The notes beneath the pieces were generated by a model. That model ran no database searches, was not told the DNA's origin, and saw nothing but the letters and a program-made list of their open reading frames with translations. A program made the position numbers and the translations under genes. From contig OY759598.1 of assembly GCA_963662435.1 (NCBI GenBank), positions 2,140,507-2,204,506 on the forward strand: a stretch of DNA of 64,000 nucleotides, given 5' to 3'. Each line of letters begins with the position of its first letter. Position 1 is the stretch's first letter. Shown in pieces: positions 10,405-19,821 of the stretch. Source of the DNA: Dehalococcoidia bacterium. Its GTDB lineage: Bacteria; Chloroflexota; Dehalococcoidia; Lucifugimonadales; VXLM01.

Positions 10405-11380
10405 TATTGAAGAGGCAGGACGTACCTGCGAGCGAATCATCGACCACGTTTCCGGAGTCTTCGTAGGGAATCGAATTCTCCTGAGAAAGCTGCTTGCCGC
10501 TGCATTGGCGAACGGTCACGTACTCTTCGAAGACTATCCCGGTCTGGGTAAGACACTGCTTATCAAGGTCTTTACTCGCACGATAGGTAGTGAGACAAAG
10601 CGTGTGCAGTTCACTCCCGACCTGATGCCGGCCGATATCCTGGGCGCCAGTGTTTGGCGGCAAAACGATGGGATCTTTCAGCTGGTAAAGGGTCCTGTCT
10701 TCACCAACGTGCTCCTCGCCGATGAGATCAATAGGGCCCCGCCGAAAACTCAGGCGGCATTGCTCGAAGCCATGGAAGAACGACAGGTCAGCATCGACGG
10801 AAATACCATGCAACTGAACGCGCCATTCTTGGTAATTGCCACACAGAACCCCATTGAGCTTGAAGGTACATATCCGTTGCCTGAAGCCCAGTTGGACCGG
10901 TTCCTGTTCCGACTCGGTACCGGCTATCCGAGCAGTCGAGATCAGGAGAACGAGATTCTGCTCAGACGGATTGAGTGGCGCAAAGACGATCCTACGGAAG
11001 ACATCGAGCCGGCCATCGACGTTGAGGGCTTCCTGGCTCTTCAGCGCTGTGTGGAGGTTGGCATCTACGTCGATCAGGTAATCGTCGACTACATCTCCCA
11101 AGTCGTGAGACTGACCCGAGAGCACCCCCGCGTTTCCATAGGTGTGAGCCCCAGAGGCGGCCTTGCGTTGCTCAAGGTATCGAGAAGTATGGCCCTAATA
11201 CATGGGAGGGACTACGTAGTCCCCGACGACGTGAAGATGGTGGCCCAAGACGCGCTCGCCCACAGGCTCATTTTGAACATAGAAGACACGCTTGAAGGCG
11301 CGCGTCCGGATGATGTCGTCGACGATGTGTTGAATCAGGTTCCGGTACCGACCGAACTTGGCACGAGGTCAGGGGAATAG
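10391..11380 (+). CDS. moxR: MoxR-family AAA+ ATPase
   Basis: GHVLFEDYPGLGKT (Walker A), RVQFTPDLMPADILG, LLADEINRAPPKTQAALLEAMEE (Walker B), ATQNPIELEGTYPLPEAQLDRF. ATG at 10391 follows AGGAG. Confidence 0.95.
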   Translation: MNDLDIEEAGRTCERIIDHVSGVFVGNRILLRKLLAAALANGHVLFEDYPGLGKTLLIKVFTRTIGSETKRVQFTPDLMPADILGASVWRQNDGIFQLVKGPVFTNVLLADEINRAPPKTQAALLEAMEERQVSIDGNTMQLNAPFLVIATQNPIELEGTYPLPEAQLDRFLFRLGTGYPSSRDQENEILLRRIEWRKDDPTEDIEPAIDVEGFLALQRCVEVGIYVDQVIVDYISQVVRLTREHPRVSIGVSPRGGLALLKVSRSMALIHGRDYVVPDDVKMVAQDALAHRLILNIEDTLEGARPDDVVDDVLNQVPVPTELGTRSGE

Positions 11381-12714
11381 TGTTTTCACCGTCCCTGTTT
11401 CGATGGATTGGACTGGCTTTTCTGCTGTTTATTTCAGCATTGGTCGTGGGCAACATAGTCCTCCTCTCGGGTGCCGTGTTTGTGCTGCTAATTGCTCTTT
11501 TGGGTGTGCTCTTATTCCCTCCCGGCAGTATATCGTTTGACCGACGAATGCCGCGCAGCGTCTGTTGGGCCGGCGATGTGGTGGAGATTCGTCGTGAAGT
11601 CCAGGTCGACCGTGGTGCGGGCGCACTGTTCATCCACGACACTCTTCCGGAGCAGGTTCAGCTCGTGGACGGCAACAATTACAGAGTTATCTGGAAGTGG
11701 CCCGGCTCTAGGAAGTACGACCTATCCTATCGTCTGGTGTGTCCCAAGAGGGGAATTCTCCTTTTGGAAAACACTGAGTGGCAAGCCCAAGACCCCCTCA
11801 GCCTTCGCAAGACGGTTGTCGAGAAACCCAATTCTGAATTGAAGCTCTCCGTCGTACCGCGTCTTCAAAACGTCGACAGATTGAATGATGCTCGGTCCAT
11901 CGCATCGAAGACGCCCCTAAACATGAGAATGCCAAGGGTAGGAGTGTCGACGACGGATTTTGTCGATTTGCGGACCTACACTCCGGGTGACACGATCCGC
12001 AGCATCAATTGGAAGGCCAGCGCTCGCAATCTTGCTACCAGTAGCGAGCTCCTCGTGAACAGGTACGAACCGGAAGGCAGGAAGACGGTATGGGTCTTCT
12101 TGGATGGGGCAAACTACATGGACGTCGGCACCACCTTGACGAGCCCAATAGAACACGCGGTTGAAGCGATGGGAACCCTTTCATGGTACTTCCTCTCCAG
12201 GGGCTATACCTTGGGCGCGTACATCTACAACAGTCCAACGGGCCTGTTGTCTCCAGACGTAGGAAAGAAGCAGTTTCACCATCTGACTCAGTCGCTCTTG
12301 TCGTTCAAGACAGGCCAGCCTGATGAAGACCTGCTCGAGGCGGTCGAGCGATGCAAGAGCTTCCTGTTCCGTCTTCAGCCTGAGGTCTTCGTCATCACGC
12401 GACTGGACATCCACTACCCAAGGCCTGGCGAATCCCCGGACGCGCGTGATCGCTTCGAGACTGCAGTAAAGCGTCTCGCCCACCTTCGCAGCAAAGCCAA
12501 CCGTTTCGACAAGGTGCGGATCATCAATGTCGGTCCCCAAGAGTATCTACCTCTTGCCACCGCCTTGGAGGGCCACACTCTATCGCTAATGCAGTGGGAG
12601 GCTCAACCACAGTCAAGACTCATCCGTCAGGCAGGCGCCTCAGTGCTTGAATGGAATCCCATGCAGGAGGATTTCGCTGTGGCCATGCTGCGGCAACTCT
12701 CTACCCAAAGGTGA
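11380..12714 (+). CDS. DUF58 domain protein (MoxR partner) with N-terminal TM hairpin
   Basis: DFVDLRTYTPGDTIRSINWKASAR...LLVNRYEPE...VFLD is the DUF58 signature. The start overlaps the moxR stop. Confidence 0.9.
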   Translation: MFSPSLFRWIGLAFLLFISALVVGNIVLLSGAVFVLLIALLGVLLFPPGSISFDRRMPRSVCWAGDVVEIRREVQVDRGAGALFIHDTLPEQVQLVDGNNYRVIWKWPGSRKYDLSYRLVCPKRGILLLENTEWQAQDPLSLRKTVVEKPNSELKLSVVPRLQNVDRLNDARSIASKTPLNMRMPRVGVSTTDFVDLRTYTPGDTIRSINWKASARNLATSSELLVNRYEPEGRKTVWVFLDGANYMDVGTTLTSPIEHAVEAMGTLSWYFLSRGYTLGAYIYNSPTGLLSPDVGKKQFHHLTQSLLSFKTGQPDEDLLEAVERCKSFLFRLQPEVFVITRLDIHYPRPGESPDARDRFETAVKRLAHLRSKANRFDKVRIINVGPQEYLPLATALEGHTLSLMQWEAQPQSRLIRQAGASVLEWNPMQEDFAVAMLRQLSTQR

Positions 12715-13397
12715 ATGCTATGTTCTTGCACCGCTTCACATTCATTTGTGCCGAATCAATTATGTTGGCTTGCTTTGGACTCTTATCGGCCTACATGCTT
12801 AGAGAGTCCTCCGTATCCCTCGAAGCTCCATTCAACCTGGCGTTTCTGCCCGGCTACGGTGCGAGTGAAACAGCGGCGGCGATCATGATCGGTCTGGGAG
12901 TCTATTGGCTCCTCCAAATCACGACTTCGCCTCAGTCGGTGTTCTGGGTGATGGCAATTCCGGGACTCCTCGCTCAGGGACCTTCAATTATGGCCCATAA
13001 CGTCTTGGACTGGTCCTACTTCGTCGTCGATGGAACATTGTTCTCTACTGACATGTCTACGTTCCGCACCGGCGCGCTCTTCTTGTTATCTCTCGTCATC
13101 TTGGTCTCGCTGCATAGAATCATAGAACTGAGGGACCTGCGGACTGTTCTCCAAAGCAGTCACGTCGACTCGTCTGATGTAGACCGGTTGATTTTGAGCA
13201 AGATATTGGCGCTGGGAGGAATAATAGTGTCTAGTCTGCTCCTAAGCGCAACAATCATTTACGTGGCGGGAGTCATCGGAGGAGGAGATCAGTTTTTCGG
13301 ATTCTCTTCATGGACCACCTTGATTGTTGGAGGCGGGGCGATCGTGTTCGTCGGAGTCTTCCCTCTGCTCTGGGTCTTACATCATCGGGAGACTTAA
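12711..13397 (+). CDS. Hypothetical integral membrane protein (about 6 TM)
   Basis: A GTGA overlap with the DUF58 stop gives a likely start at 12711 (alternative ATG 12720). Hydrophobic segments throughout. Confidence 0.7.
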   Translation: MNAMFLHRFTFICAESIMLACFGLLSAYMLRESSVSLEAPFNLAFLPGYGASETAAAIMIGLGVYWLLQITTSPQSVFWVMAIPGLLAQGPSIMAHNVLDWSYFVVDGTLFSTDMSTFRTGALFLLSLVILVSLHRIIELRDLRTVLQSSHVDSSDVDRLILSKILALGGIIVSSLLLSATIIYVAGVIGGGDQFFGFSSWTTLIVGGGAIVFVGVFPLLWVLHHRET

Positions 13398-13619
13398 TCG
13401 CGTTGCAGATTCTCTCGGAAAGTGTTTGAAACGTCACGGCTTAGCAGCGGTCCCGTATCGGTACACTATCCGTTCTGAAATGGAGACAAGAAGACGTTCG
13501 CTACGACCATCACCTTACTTACTCACATAAGGTCCATCTCATTGGCCAAACGGCAGTGCCGTTCTCTTCCCATCAGGCCAGCAATTGACCCGCTCCAACG
13601 CTTCAAAGGTTTCTAGATA

Positions 13620-16187
13620 ATGGGGATTTGGTTTCGCAGACTGCTGGTCATCCCACTGGGCATGGTGTTCATGCTGTTGCTAACGTTGACTTTGGTTTTG
13701 CTGCAGATCGAAGACACTTTACTGAATCCTGACCACTTGATTGAGGAGGCGCGAGAAGCGGGTGTGTATGAGTTTGTGATGGTAGACCTATTGGCCTCAC
13801 TAGTTGATGAAGCCCGTGAGATCGACACCGTCACGATTTCAGATGAGTTGGACGAAAACCCTTTGACGCTGTTCAATTTGTCCACTGAGGAAATCACCGT
13901 ATCGGCAAACAGGGCAATTTCACGGGAGTGGCTAGAGGGTGTTTTCGAAGAGTCGATTGTGCAGTTCAGTATGTACATGTCAGGCGAGAAGGAAGACCTT
14001 TTGGTGACCCCCAACGCGAGAATTCAAGGAGAACGGGCGATCCGCGAGGTACGGCGACTTCTCGATCAGGCCGATGCGTATGACATTCTTTACGCTAGAA
14101 TCGTGGATCCCAGAGTTGAGGCCTTAATTGAGGGCATTGACTTCCCTCAGGGATTCGAACCACCTCCGGAACGAGTCATCGCTGGGCTGCGCCAAGTTGT
14201 GCCCCCGGATTGGGTACAGAGACAATTCGAGATCGCGCTGACCGACCTCACTCCATATCTGTTAGGAGAAAGGGACGAGTTTCGCATTGTGGTGCCGATG
14301 GGTGATCTCTCAGAGATAGCCTTATGGGAATTCAAGAAACTTCTCAGGGATATCGACACCTACGAATGGTTAGCTAAGGACGTAGTCTCAGCATCAGTTC
14401 AAGAAGCCTTGGAATTGGGCGCCGGACGCGCATTCCGTGTAGACGACGATCGATTAATTGAGGCCGTTGAAAGAGTCGTAACTTCGGAGTGGCTCCAGAC
14501 TCAGGTCGAGAAAATGATAGACGATTCGGGCCCGTTCATCACGGGGACTGGTGAGTCCTTCAATATCCACGTTCCTCTTTCGGACCGTGCTGAATTGGCG
14601 TTGGGCGAAGTCTTGCTCATCTTGGAGGAAGAAGAGGAGATGGATTTGCCGTACAGGCTTTTTGTGGAGCCTAGACTGCTTGAGACTGTTGGAGACTCCT
14701 TGCATCTCCAGTTCGGAGTCTCGGTAACCGGAGAAGAAGTGGTGTCGGCCTTGCATGAGAACGCCCCGTCGTATTGGTTCAAGCAGCACGCGAACCGGTT
14801 GTTGCTTGATGCATCTCCCTACCTGATGGGCGAAGCAGACTACTTTGAGTCGCGCATAGCTCTTACTGCCAACAAAAGCACGGCGCACAGAGCCGTAACT
14901 GACCTGGTCCGAGAAAGGACTTCTGCTCTCATACACTCGTTGCCACAGTGCACTTCTCCTGAGGAAGCCGAAGAGGCACTTCTGACCAGGGGGTCCGACG
15001 AGCTTCCAAGTTGCATTGAATCGGATATCACCGCAAACCAAATGCTTATTCAAATGGGGCTCAATTCGTACGAAATCGTTACACGTGTGGTCATGAGCCG
15101 TCTGCCTGACAACGCAGTCTTTGATGAGCGTCAGCTACGCCGGTACTTGAGCCAAGCCGGTTTCAAGGGGACCCTAGACCTCCATGTTATAAGCTATTTC
15201 ACACGTGATACCTCAGAGACCGTTCCTGACCTCGTACTGGATGGGACATTCGAACCATCGGAACTCGGCAAGACGGGCATGCTGGCGCCGGACGATCGTG
15301 CTAATCAAAACCTAGTTGCGCTTGACCAGACAAGAGACTTGCTGAGGAATGGATGGACCTACTCCGACGCTAATTTACTCAGAGACCTTGAAGAACGAGG
15401 AACCGACTCGGTTCGTAGGCTCGACGAAGTTAGAGAGATCATGGCCGAAGGCTGGAGTTTCACCGAGGCGGACTTGCACCAATTGCTCCGGCGAGAGGGA
15501 GGTGGGTTAAGTGAGCTCGGCGGCAACACTGATCCCGTCAAGAGATTGGACGACATTCGCGCCTTCCTGTCCGAAGATTGGACCTATACGCAGGAAGATT
15601 TTCGCGAGTATCTCGCTCAGAACCTACCCTCCGGAGGCTTGAGTACTTTCGATGCCGTCCGTTCGATTCTCAAGCTCATGCGATTTTCGGCATTGGTCGT
15701 GTGGATTCCCTTGGCGCTGCTACTTCTGAGTATAGGATATCTAGGTGGCAGGGTCTGGAGCACAAGGATATCTTGGGCAATGGTGATTCTGCTCATATCT
15801 TCGGGCTTGGTCTATCTGGCTTTCAACTCTGATTACGGCAATTTTGCTAAGTCAGGTCCCCTCTATGAATCTGTGGGGATTTCTGATTTTTCGCAGTTCA
15901 GAGAGAACCTCATCGACATGGATGGTGGGCCAAGTGATTTCACCAACAGCTACCGGATGGCCGCCGACAAGCTGATCGATATGTCTGAACCGACTATCGA
16001 CCAGATGGCGGAAGGTATCGCGGCATACAGCAGGAATCTCGTACTCTTCGCCGTTGTGGGCCTCGTGGTCTCCATACTCCTGCCGGCAATTGCCGCCACA
16101 ACGGCCTCCATTTTGAGAAACAGGGGTACCGGCTTGTTGAAAAAGTGGGGTACAGGCCGCTCTGGTACATCTTCGCCCCGCCAATGA
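13620..16187 (+). CDS. Large hypothetical membrane protein with acidic helical internal repeats
   Basis: 855 aa with an N-terminal TM and about 3 C-terminal TMs. Four repeats of the type xxxWL/V...PYL/MxGExxxFxxxxPL, and three GW(T/S)(Y/F)TxxDL repeats. Confidence 0.8.
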   Translation: MGIWFRRLLVIPLGMVFMLLLTLTLVLLQIEDTLLNPDHLIEEAREAGVYEFVMVDLLASLVDEAREIDTVTISDELDENPLTLFNLSTEEITVSANRAISREWLEGVFEESIVQFSMYMSGEKEDLLVTPNARIQGERAIREVRRLLDQADAYDILYARIVDPRVEALIEGIDFPQGFEPPPERVIAGLRQVVPPDWVQRQFEIALTDLTPYLLGERDEFRIVVPMGDLSEIALWEFKKLLRDIDTYEWLAKDVVSASVQEALELGAGRAFRVDDDRLIEAVERVVTSEWLQTQVEKMIDDSGPFITGTGESFNIHVPLSDRAELALGEVLLILEEEEEMDLPYRLFVEPRLLETVGDSLHLQFGVSVTGEEVVSALHENAPSYWFKQHANRLLLDASPYLMGEADYFESRIALTANKSTAHRAVTDLVRERTSALIHSLPQCTSPEEAEEALLTRGSDELPSCIESDITANQMLIQMGLNSYEIVTRVVMSRLPDNAVFDERQLRRYLSQAGFKGTLDLHVISYFTRDTSETVPDLVLDGTFEPSELGKTGMLAPDDRANQNLVALDQTRDLLRNGWTYSDANLLRDLEERGTDSVRRLDEVREIMAEGWSFTEADLHQLLRREGGGLSELGGNTDPVKRLDDIRAFLSEDWTYTQEDFREYLAQNLPSGGLSTFDAVRSILKLMRFSALVVWIPLALLLLSIGYLGGRVWSTRISWAMVILLISSGLVYLAFNSDYGNFAKSGPLYESVGISDFSQFRENLIDMDGGPSDFTNSYRMAADKLIDMSEPTIDQMAEGIAAYSRNLVLFAVVGLVVSILLPAIAATTASILRNRGTGLLKKWGTGRSGTSSPRQ

Positions 16188-16248
16188 CATACCAGACCTG
16201 GCAGGGGCCTTGCAGACTCTGACAGTGCTGCACACGGACAATTGGTAA

Positions 16249-16515
16249 GTGACAACCACACGAGACGGCGTGTCCGCGCTGACGGGCGAGGGTGTAGAGC
16301 TAGAAGTGCCCGAGAACTTGCAGGCCGACCTACGCAAGCGCGCCGAACAGGAAGGCGTGCCGGTGAGCACGTCCGCGTTTGTGTGTTTCTCGCATGACCT
16401 CGTGATCCGCGAGACAGATTCCTGTGTGAACGTGCCAAGGCGCGATGTCGTCAGCCGTGCGGCCGCCGCAGCGGCCACAGCCAAGGCCGACCCTTGGGAA
16501 GAGGGCGGGACGTAG
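16249..16515 (+). CDS. Possible small ribbon-helix-helix-like ORF or remnant
   Basis: VELEVPENLQADLRKRAEQEGVPVS resembles a CopG/RHH strand-helix-turn. The remainder is unconvincing. Confidence 0.3.
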   Translation: MTTTRDGVSALTGEGVELEVPENLQADLRKRAEQEGVPVSTSAFVCFSHDLVIRETDSCVNVPRRDVVSRAAAAAATAKADPWEEGGT

Positions 16516-16585
16516 TTGGGAGCTCTCAATCACTTATGCGCCAAGATGCGTGACGTGTTGCAGGATAAGCAGCAGCAGTCCAAAA

Positions 16586-16915
16586 TGGCCAGACTACGCG
16601 GCGGGCGTTGGCGTGACGACCTGAAGCATAGCGCCTTCAAGGTGCCCAGATCGTAATCGAACTGGAACCCGCGAGCCTTAGTCGTGAGGTGTAGTTGAGA
16701 GTGGGAAAAGATGTGTGTAGACAGACCAAATAGCGCAATATTATATGAGAGGGGATTGGAGTTACCCCCATCTGAGTCTAGATTCCTATGGGGTACCCTT
16801 TGGGTGGCCAGACGACACGGCGGGCGGCGGCGTGACGACCTGAAGGATAGCGCCTACAAGATGCCCCAGATTGTGATCGAGCAGGTGCCCGCGAGCTTCA
16901 GGCGCGTGGGGTAGT
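16586..16915 (+). repeat. Imperfect ~110-bp direct repeat pair (16586-16695 and 16805-16915)
   Basis: TGGCCAGAC...GGCGGGCG..GGCGTGACGACCTGAAG.ATAGCGCCT.CAAG.TGCCC...CCCGCGAGC....GTAGT occurs twice. Confidence 0.85.
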
Positions 16916-17287
16916 CCCGGTGGGTTAGACGGGGGCTGGTTTTGAGAGAGATATATCGCCATTCGCCACGGGCTCTACCAGACTCGCTGAGGCGTGAGCC
17001 TCTCTCAGGCAAGGGCCGTCCCTCGTGCCTCCCCACCGTTTGATCTGTCACCTCCCTCTTTATGGACTGATAGAGACCACGCGTCCCCTGCGGGGGACTG
17101 GTTTCGCGTGTGAAGAGGCAATTTCTCGACTTCCAGGTCCACTTTTGGTCTGGGCGCCGCTGTAGTCTTTTTCTACTGGGACGTCGCCGCGCTGGTCTAT
17201 CTCCCCATTTCCACGCAACGGCGGCCCAATCGAAGACCTAGAGCGCAGGGCCAGTGGCCCGGCATATCGCCGCTTCGAACACGCGAC

Positions 17288-17527
17288 ATGAAAGATACGA
17301 CCGAAAAGAATGAACAGAACGGACGGCGGAAGCCCCGCAGCGACGCCTTTGAGATAGGCGAAATCAGAGTCTTTTCCAGGTCAGGACCCGACGCCCGGGA
17401 CCGTTTGCGCCATATCACGACTCTGATGATCAAGCATGCCGCCAGGGACAGGCAGGCTGCGAACGGCGGGAACACTCCCCCGAGCGACCCGCAAGCTGAT
17501 GACACCAGCGAGGTGGAGGAAAGATGA
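17288..17527 (+). CDS. Small hypothetical protein coupled to the recombinase gene
   Basis: 79 aa. Its stop overlaps the next start (ATGA at 17524-17527), and a GAGG/GGAGG RBS lies in its 3' end. Confidence 0.5.
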   Translation: MKDTTEKNEQNGRRKPRSDAFEIGEIRVFSRSGPDARDRLRHITTLMIKHAARDRQAANGGNTPPSDPQADDTSEVEER

Positions 17528-18347
17528 AGCCCGAACCATCTCTTACCGTCATCAGCCTGGGCTGGGACAGCCAGTCCTCCGTCATGACGCTCATGGCAAA
17601 CGAGGGGGAGTTTGGACGCCTCCCCAACTGCGCCATCTTCGCCCGCGTCTCGGACAAGAGCCAGGACGGCGAGGACAAGACCTCTATCGCCGAGCAGGCA
17701 GGCGAGATGGAAGCCTACTGCGAGAACAAGGGGCTGACCATCACAGCCCGCTACCACGAGGTGGGCCGGGGCTGGTCCAAGAAGCGCCCAGAGTTTCAGC
17801 GAATGTTGGCCGACGCCAAACGCGGACGTTTCGACACCATCGTGTGCTGGAAGTCCGACCGCCTCAGCCGGGGAATGTACCCCGCCGCCGCCCTCATGGA
17901 GGTAGTCGAGGCGCACCAGATTCGGCTGGAAGCCGTCATGGACGCCATCGACATGAAGACCTTTGGACTCATGGCCGCCATCGGCAAGATAGAGCTGGAC
18001 AACTTCAGGGAACGGTCCACTTTGGGCAAGCGGGGGACCGCCAAGCAGGGAAGGGTGCCCAACGGCGGCATCCCCTACGGATTCCGGATCGGAGAGGAAG
18101 GCAGATTTGAGGTGATTGAGGAACAGGCGGAGGTCGTCCGCCGCATCTTCCGCATGTACGTCGATGAGAGGATGGGGTCCTACTCGATTGCAGTGCGGCT
18201 GACCGACGAGGGGGTCCCCGCGCAAACTGGCAATAAGCTATGGCTTCAGTCTCGCGTGCTCCACATTATGGGGACCGCCACCTAAACGGGCACGTGGATC
18301 TACGAAAAGTATGGGAACTATATACTTGACTCCCACGTGATGCAAGC

Positions 18348-19820
18348 CTAATCACGCGCAATCTCCTTAAGTCGTGCGACTAGGTACTCCTGGGGTCTAT
18401 CGCCTTTCAGGGAGTTGCAAGCCCCACACAAGAGTTGCAGATTCTCAATGTGGTCCGTACCCCCGCGTGATTGAGGCACGATGTGGTCTATCGTGAAGTT
18501 GCGGAACGGGAACATTATCTCGCAACCGGCGCACAATCCTTCTTGCTTGCCAAATAAGGTGTGCTTCTGAGTCCGATAGGAAGGAACCTGTCCGAGGTCG
18601 GTACGCTGGGGAACGTCGTCTCGATAGGTGGTCTGTAGACCAAATAGCCCCAGGTCATTGCGTAGCCTCAGCTCTACCAAGTCCTTAGCCTTGGGTGACA
18701 GATCAATACCCGCCCACTGCCTTTCCAGCTTCTCGGCGGCTACAAGGGCCGTAGCGCATCCACAGAACGGATCAAGCACCACGTCGCCAGGGTTGCTGGA
18801 TGCCTTGATGATCCGCTCAAGCAGGGCAAGCGGTTTCTGCGTGGGATAGCCCACCCACTCACTGCTCTTATTGTAATTCGTGAATCCGGTCGGCTCTAAG
18901 ACTAAGCTCTGTGGCGGATTACCACGGTCAGCAGCGGCATAGCGCTTCAGTCCAGGCCAGACGCCCGTTGTCGGATGGTGTATCAGCCCTGCTGCATCCA
19001 GCGCGTCAAGACGCTCATGGACACCCTCGATGCTCCGGTAGCCGGGAATGAAGTGTTCCTCGATGTACTGGGCATAGACCCCTGTCTTTGGCGGAGACCA
19101 GCACCGCCCCCTGGAATACACGTCGTAACCCTTCCACGGGGTTGTGCTTGGCAACCCTGGGGCAGTGCCGTGAAGGGGGCCGGTAAGGTTCTCCGACCTG
19201 ACTGAGCCCCTTCCGTCGGCTTGAGGATACGCCTTCTTGAGCTCTTCGGCAGACTTCGGCGTAGCAATGTCAGATCCGTTCCAAGTCCACTGGGCGCTCT
19301 TGGCGTAGTACAGGATGTGGTCGATATTCCGGCCAAATCGCTTTGGGTCATTATGAGCGGTTGACCTTCTCCAAATGATGTGATTGCGGAACTGGTTCGC
19401 TCCGAACACCGAGTCCATCAGCAACTTGAGGTAGTGACTGGCCGTATCGTCGCAATGAAGGTAGATACTCCCGGTGTCTTTCAGCACGCGGTGCAACTCC
19501 AGTAGCCGCACGGCCATCATGATCAAGTAGGACTTCATGCCCTTACCGTGAGCCGGACGCGCAGCGTCGATGATGCCGTACAACGCCGGGTGTGACTCGG
19601 CAATCATGCCATGCCAAGCGTCGTCCACGTCGCTCAGTGTCCACGTGTCCTTGAAGGCCGCTCCCGCAGCTGCGCTCCCGACGGGCGCCGAATAGTCCTG
19701 ATTGCTGTTGAAGGGCGGGTCGAGGTAGATAAGGTCTACCGTCTCGGAATTCATGCCGCGAAGGATATCGAGATTGTCGCCCGTCCAAAGCGTTCGGTTG
19801 ACGAAGTTGGGTGTTGCCAT
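18348..19820 (-). CDS. Amino-DNA methyltransferase (N6A/N4C, beta-class motif order) fused to a C-terminal HNH endonuclease
   Basis: VDLIYLDPPFNS (motif IV) precedes YPTQKP and VVLDPFCGCATA (motif I). The C-terminus is CAGC...TIDHIVPQSRGGTDHIENLQLLCGACNSLKG. Start taken at MATPNF (19820), just downstream of the P63C stop. Confidence 0.92.
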   Translation of the reverse strand: MATPNFVNRTLWTGDNLDILRGMNSETVDLIYLDPPFNSNQDYSAPVGSAAAGAAFKDTWTLSDVDDAWHGMIAESHPALYGIIDAARPAHGKGMKSYLIMMAVRLLELHRVLKDTGSIYLHCDDTASHYLKLLMDSVFGANQFRNHIIWRRSTAHNDPKRFGRNIDHILYYAKSAQWTWNGSDIATPKSAEELKKAYPQADGRGSVRSENLTGPLHGTAPGLPSTTPWKGYDVYSRGRCWSPPKTGVYAQYIEEHFIPGYRSIEGVHERLDALDAAGLIHHPTTGVWPGLKRYAAADRGNPPQSLVLEPTGFTNYNKSSEWVGYPTQKPLALLERIIKASSNPGDVVLDPFCGCATALVAAEKLERQWAGIDLSPKAKDLVELRLRNDLGLFGLQTTYRDDVPQRTDLGQVPSYRTQKHTLFGKQEGLCAGCEIMFPFRNFTIDHIVPQSRGGTDHIENLQLLCGACNSLKGDRPQEYLVARLKEIARD

Positions 19821-19821
19821 G

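Noticed and set aside
18313..18350. Guide RNA for the transposon-borne HNH (IscB/TnpB-like system)
   Set aside because: Only 5 nt separate the HNH stop from the TIR, the element has no non-coding space, and there are no RuvC motifs.
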